DNA from: Alloascoidea hylecoeti
Lineage: Eukaryota
Length of the DNA stretch: 64,000 bases
Reading direction: 5' to 3'
NCBI GenBank assembly: GCA_001600815.1
Contig: BCKZ01000007.1
Span: forward strand, 62,001 to 126,000
Position 1 is the first letter of the stretch. Each line of letters begins with the position of its first letter. A program made the translations under genes and the position numbers. Positions 58,082-64,000 of this stretch are shown here, piece after piece. Under the pieces are notes generated by a model. The model did not search any database and was not told where the DNA came from. It saw only the letters and a program-made list of their open reading frames with translations.

Positions 58082-58222
58082 GTCACGTGCTCCCTGACAC
58101 CATGAAATCCCCACAAACTCTATTTCGACCCCTCCTTAATTTGGCAAGTTGACCCTAGAGCCGACCCTCGGTTGGTCACGTGCGAGGGTATTATAATCAT
58201 TAGGCATGCATTGTCACGTGCG
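58082..58222. promoter_or_regulatory. Three GTCACGTGC (Cbf1-type) sites in the FOX2 divergent promoter
   Basis: CACGTG at 58084, 58177 and 58215, each within an identical GTCACGTGC 9-mer. Confidence 0.65.
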
Positions 58223-58297
58223 CGCCTGGATGTCCGGGTGACACTCGTCAGGATTTCTAATTTTCAGTTTAGTCTACACCGAAATAATAAATATGCT

Positions 58298-59023
58298 ATG
58301 AGTTTATTTGTGTCTCGCCGGTTGGCTTTTAACAGCCCTCGTTTATTCTCTACTTCAATCATCAGGAATAGCAGTTCAATCCATAGGTCAAATCTCAAAA
58401 CAATAATAAACAATACTGATAACAATACTGACAATGGCAATAAAAGCGAAAATGAACCTTTAAAACAAAAAAGTAAATATAATATTAATGTTAAAAGTCG
58501 AAAAGATGAAGATCATTCACAATTCCAAACAAAAACAAAAAAGAAAACATCATCACAACCCAATTCCCAATTCCAACCAAGTTTCTTAAGTGATATTGTT
58601 GAATCATGGGCTCCAGTTGATGAAGTTGAACAAATTAAAGAATCAAAACTTTTCGATTATATTAAAAGTATTAATAAAAATCAAAAATTATGGATTAAAT
58701 TAAATTGGGATATTCAACAACAAATAATTCAATATATTGAATCTGAACAAAAATTAAAAAATTGGAATGATTTAAATAATGATTTAAAAAAAATTATTTT
58801 TTATATAAGTTATGGTGAATGGGGTCCAAGAAATAAATCTGATGAATTTAAAATTGGTAAAAATGGTGAATTAGATAATTTTAGTAAAGGAATTATAATT
58901 TTTATTATTATTATTTCAACTATTTCTATATCAAGAGATTTCTATATTGGTGATGTTGATGAAAATTATAATGAAAATAATAATGTTAATGTTAATGAAC
59001 TACAAACAAATATAAATACATAG
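58298..59023 (+). CDS. Mitochondrial COX4/Cox5-family-like protein (Mtc3/Gep7-like)
   Basis: Presequence-like MSLFVSRRLAFNSPRLFSTS, the motif W..L....QQQII.YI......W.DL....KK..FYISYGEWGPR, and one TM segment. Confidence 0.7.
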   Translation: MSLFVSRRLAFNSPRLFSTSIIRNSSSIHRSNLKTIINNTDNNTDNGNKSENEPLKQKSKYNINVKSRKDEDHSQFQTKTKKKTSSQPNSQFQPSFLSDIVESWAPVDEVEQIKESKLFDYIKSINKNQKLWIKLNWDIQQQIIQYIESEQKLKNWNDLNNDLKKIIFYISYGEWGPRNKSDEFKIGKNGELDNFSKGIIIFIIIISTISISRDFYIGDVDENYNENNNVNVNELQTNINT

Positions 59024-59138
59024 TTTTAAACTGCATCCATTATAAATAAATAAATGTATATAAATTGTCTCATTTTTCCTTATCCAAAGCTCCAAAGTAT
59101 TGATCTCAAAATGTAAAATTCATATACTTCTTTACATA

Positions 59139-59726
59139 TTATTCCTCCCATGAAGTTTCAACAGTTTGTCTAACTCTTCTGATATACTGACTTCTATGAT
59201 CTTTATATAAATTAGCAGCTTCAACATTTGCAGGACTATTAATATTTGGATCATTTAATAAACTTTGAATAGATGTTAAAATTGATGCAACATCATAGGT
59301 TGGACTCCATCTATTTTGTAAAATATCTAAACATAATTCTCCTGATGCATAAACATTTGGATGAAACATTTCTGATATAAATTTAACTGATGGTGGTTTA
59401 TTTGGATACGTTTCATCAAACATTAAAACTAATCGAAATGTACCATCTTCAAATGGTGTATCTGATGGTCCAATTATAACAGCATTCCTAATTTTTGTTA
59501 GATACTCATGTTATATTGATCTGTAAACCACAATTATAAAAACTTACCATGTAAGTACATTATCAGCAACAGGTGAAGCTGAGACTCCACCAGGAGGATC
59601 TTGTTGCATACGCTAAAAATCATCATAATTAGTTCAAATTCTTATAATATCTTTGTAAATCAATCATATATTCATGATAAATACCTTAAAGTCACGCATC
59701 AATCGTCTCCTAGCATTCGTAGACAT
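59139..59726 (-). CDS. RAD6: E2 ubiquitin-conjugating enzyme Rad6/Ubc2, 151 aa, 3 exons (59726-59685, 59612-59548, 59487-59139)
   Basis: Spliced product [78 protein letters not shown]. Introns are 72 nt (GTATTT..TAG) and 60 nt (GTAAGT..TAG). Confidence 0.97.
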
Positions 59727-61917
59727 TTTGAATAAATTATTAAAAAAACTGTCAAAAAAGAATAAACTCCAAGATAAAAAAATGAACGAATTGAAACAAT
59801 CAATAATTTTTCAAAAGAAAAAAACTTTTTTAAGATCTAATGGTTTAAATATTACAATTAATAAAGATCAGGATCTTATATATTTTAAAGAAATACAAAT
59901 GCATTGGATTTTTAAAGGAGGGTAATAATACACAAATTTGGTAGGAAAAAATCGTCCGATTATGTAATCCAAATCAAATTTTACCTTGTTACTATTAGTA
60001 ATCGGACAGAAAAAAACGAAAAAAACCCACAAAAACCAATTAAGGTTTAAAAAGGTTGATAGGGAAACAGATATCGATTAACATGAAAAAAACGTTATAA
60101 TCACATGTACGGTTTCAAATGTCCTTTGATTTCTTGAAAAAATACAACGATTATCAACTATTAAATAAGTCTATTATAATTAATTTGAAATTTGGAGTTT
60201 GAACATTGGAGCAAAGCGCGAAACGGGAAAATAAACCACGTGATTTCCAAGATCATAACCATTTTTCAGAGGATTTTTTGTCCCAATTGCAATTAAGATT
60301 ATTTTATGACATTGGAATTGACTAGATATATAGTGAGATAAATATTTAAGTGAAAGTTTGATCTTGATCAAGTTCATATACCCCACTGATTGAAATCTTT
60401 TGTTCCTTTTTAAACCATTATTATTATTACACTAATGCATGAAATGAATATTTTTTTAACCAGCTCTTTATCTATGATCCACAAGCTTAAAAACACTCTA
60501 CACCTAGTTATGATTTCTGGTATTTCTATATTTTCAAATTGACCCGCGGTCATTTTTATTTAATAAAAATATTGTCATTAATTTGTTATTAAACATCAAC
60601 GTTATATATATTAAAAAGTATAATCCATGCATATGCATGCCTTATTACAACTATCAACGTCAAATTCGGTTGTGCGTGGAGTGTGGGTGTTGGTTTGATT
60701 CGGCATCAGGGGAATTAAAGGATCTTCTTCAATTGTTCATGATCAGAACTTCAGATCATTATAATTATTGATGATATTTGTTAAAATTTTCAAATTTCAA
60801 ATTATATAATTGTACAGTTTTTATAATGATCGCTATTAGTCTTAGGAAGGAGTCAGGGCAACAAGGTTCAGATCGTTTTGAAATTAAATGTTATTTATAT
60901 TGTAATTGCATGCCTTCAACTGAGACAATCTCCTGACATATTCATCTTGAAGTCACATTGTGTCAAGCTCAATAACATCACTAACTAATCTCATACCGGT
61001 AGTCAATTATACAATTCATCATTAGTAATATGTAATTTCAGGACATACTACTTCAAAACTTCATGCGAATTCATACCTTGATCTACATACAATTTTTCAC
61101 ATTAACCCTTTACAATTGAAAATCACATAGCATGATTCTCTCTAAACGCACAAAAAGAAATACAAGTATACCGTTAATTTGAGGATTACATCCATGAAGA
61201 ATTAATTGAATGATGGCCGATGAATAATATCTAAAGCTTAAATTTAACCTATTCGTTAATATAAATTTCATGTCAGATGATTGTACATAATTATGCAGGG
61301 TTTGATCATTACTTCCCAATTAAGCGTAACATTGCAGTTGAAAATTACACATTAAATTTATATCGGTATTGATATAAGCATATACTAGTTATACATAAGT
61401 ATAATAATTGATTATGGTGAAATATGTATATATTTAGTAATATTATTGCTATAATGAAATATACGCGTCCTAAATTCATTACAATATTAATAAAATATTA
61501 ATTTTCAAAATCTTTTTAGACCTTGAAAAAGGATTGTATGAAATCAAATATATCGGTCTAATAAATCAACATAGCCGTCATTCATATTCTCCAATCATCA
61601 TACCTATCAGTTGAAAATAATCATGTAGATGTATGTCAAATTTTATTCATTTCACATAATTAATGATCATATTTAAATAGAGATTTCAATTATCTGAAAT
61701 TGATTATATCATTAGACATCACAAGAAAAAAATCATCTCTGAATTTATAGTGTAATTATGTACCTGCATCTATGTGCACTATAAGATCACCTCGTAATGA
61801 GGATTTGGAAATGACATATTTATAAACAAAACAAATCTCCATTGATTTTATTCATAAGTTCACTTGTATTAATATATTACCCTTATTTGAAACTATTTGA
61901 TATAATTATTTTTTGAT

Positions 61918-62263
61918 ATGACATACGGGAATCCTAAGTATTCAAACTTGCGAATCAGACCATTACGTGTACAAAAATCAGAACCTACAAATTTAAAACA
62001 AAGACGTTATACTTATTCAAAGTAAGTATCATTTATAATTACAATTATCATAAGATATCATCAATTAGTATGACCTACAATGGTTCATACTATATTTAAT
62101 TGATTAACTTCTCGCTTAATCTTACTAACTTCTCATATTTTTTAAAACTGTTAGACATTTAATGGAGCAAACAAAAGCACAATATTTAATGTACCTTCCA
62201 AAAGATTCAAGGGGTAAATCAGAAGAACTTGCTAGTAAATATATTAAAAATCTTCCTATTTGA
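61918..62263 (+). CDS. Candidate spliced 70-aa small ORF (exons 61918-62021, 62155-62263)
   Basis: Intron 62022-62154 has GTAAGT, a perfect TACTAAC (62123) and TAG. Splicing joins ATG 61918 to TGA 62261 in frame. No family was recognised. Confidence 0.4.
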
Positions 62264-64000
62264 AAGAGGTAACTAGTTAAAAAATGTTGCATTACATACA
62301 CATAACTTCTTAATTGACCAATCAGGTTAATTAATACATGTTATGAAAAATGCAGATAATTATGAATAATGAATTTTGAGCATAGATATATCCAGCTATA
62401 GTTATATATCGCAATTGATTTTGAAAGTATCATGGGTCAATTTAAAAATCTTATAAACATGAAACATAGCTATAATACTAGAATAATAAATATTATATGA
62501 TATAAAGACAAGATGTTCTCGTAAATGCTTAATAGATAACCGAGATCACTGGTACTTATTTCCCAAACTGATTGCGTCTTATTCTATAGCTACAGCTTAC
62601 AAAGCGGAAGATATTAAACAGTCACTTGAAACCATGCATTCCCCGCAGAAACAGGTTGAAAGAACAAGTTCAATGGTACATATAAATACCGCGATACAAA
62701 TTTATTATATAGATTATATCAATTGCAATTATGTTATAGCTATAATTTTATATCCAATTTTATAAATTCAATGAAATAAGAACATTCTTTTTTATTTTAA
62801 TTTCCACTTTAGCTGCAAGAAAATTTAATCAAAGCCGAGGTACGTATACGATGAAAATATTTATATGATTATGATCGATAAGATAGAGGTTAATACTCAT
62901 TAAAGGGGCTATGACATATTTAGTATTTACCATTTATAATTGGATCCAGATTTACATGTGTCCATCATGCGATTATTAATTGACAAATCATAACTGTTAT
63001 AACTAGTGGTACTATTTATATATATTCGGACTATAATACCTCGGGTGAATCAATTGGAATAGGGTCATCAGACTCATCACTAAAATGAATGAATCATTCG
63101 AGCAAACTAATTTTCAATTACCTATAAAGGTGTTCATTCAGCTATTGAGCAATCATTTAATATGAATCATGAGATTATGATTTACTATTGAAAACTAGAA
63201 TGAGGTCTAGCTATAACTTATAACCAAAGAACTAATATAAATACAATTTCAATGAAATTTTAACTGATCATATGCATTATTGTCAACTAGAATAGTTAAT
63301 TGGGTAACAAATCATACGTAAATGAAAGAAAATCTTTAATCGTACATGAAATAACAACATCAACATCTTCAAAATGTTCAATGATCAACAGTAAATCTAA
63401 AGTCTATTTGTCAGTGTCAATTGTAAATTTCATTCACGCTACCAACAAGAGTTGTAAATCTTTCGGTGAACCTGAGGGTGAATGGTGGATCATGATCTCT
63501 CTGTGTCTGCTCAATTAGACACACAATGCTAATTGGCTAGAATTACCCGATATATTATTAAACTACACTGAATATCGTCGCTACACATAGTCAATACTCT
63601 TGTAGTAAATGTCCATCAATCGAGAGTTGGGAATATTCTATTAGCTAATAAATATACTAAAAAATTATTCAGATGTATAGAGTGTATAAGATTCCTTGGC
63701 AAGGGAAAAAAATCATTGACTAAATTTCTAAAAATTCTAAAAGTTATATATAAGTTATATAATTGTTTTGTAATTTTCAGAAATTTGATGAAAGGTGTCT
63801 TGTTTGCAAATTGGCAAATTGGAAGTGTGTAGAGAGTTTTACTTTGATCAAGGAACCCATCAGCGTTAAGGAACCTTCAAACATTGTATAAGTACAATTA
63901 ATTTTATATAACTACACGTATGCCTTAATTCAGTTTAAGCTTTTATTTATATTTTACAATAAAGGATCCGCCCAACTGGTATTAGAGCTTGGGCGGCGCC

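Noticed and set aside
62390..63220. Recurrent TAGCTATA/TATAGCTA motif in intergenic DNA (also near 6224, 8760, 9168, 38439, 46704)
   Set aside because: Short and AT-rich. It looks mildly enriched by eye, but significance cannot be established without a background model.
1..64000. tRNA, rRNA, snRNA or CRISPR loci
   Set aside because: No cloverleaf with A/B boxes, rRNA-like segment or repeat-spacer array was recognised by eye. tRNAscan-SE/Infernal would be needed to exclude small RNAs.

Overview
AT-rich budding-yeast (Saccharomycotina-like) nuclear DNA with short spliceosomal introns. CTG appears to be read as Leu. Recognisable genes are RAP1 (5'-truncated), a PlsB/GNPAT-type acyltransferase, an Ariadne-type RBR ligase, an STP1/2-type zinc-finger factor, SUB1 (2 introns), URC4, CDC50 family, OSH3, an F-box protein, RPS20, RIM8 (in-frame intron), a very large CCCH/RS-repeat protein, MIC26-like, FOX2, a COX4-family-like mitochondrial protein and RAD6 (2 introns). 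The long intergenic stretches hold structure the ORF track misses. (i) A tandem pair of orphan paralogs, one spliced through a hidden intron. (ii) A head-to-head pair of F-box/LRR pseudogenes, one apparently split by a decayed Ty1/copia element that ends in a fold-back inversion. (iii) An F-box/WD40 pseudogene. (iv) A DDE-less pogo/CENP-B-type HTH gene with a decayed second copy 23 kb away. (v) A hairpin with 63-bp arms. (vi) A candidate spliced 70-aa microprotein. The RBR ligase has Ser in place of its catalytic Cys. The recurring theme is birth and death of ubiquitin-ligase adaptors. All family assignments come from motif recognition by eye; no database searches were run.
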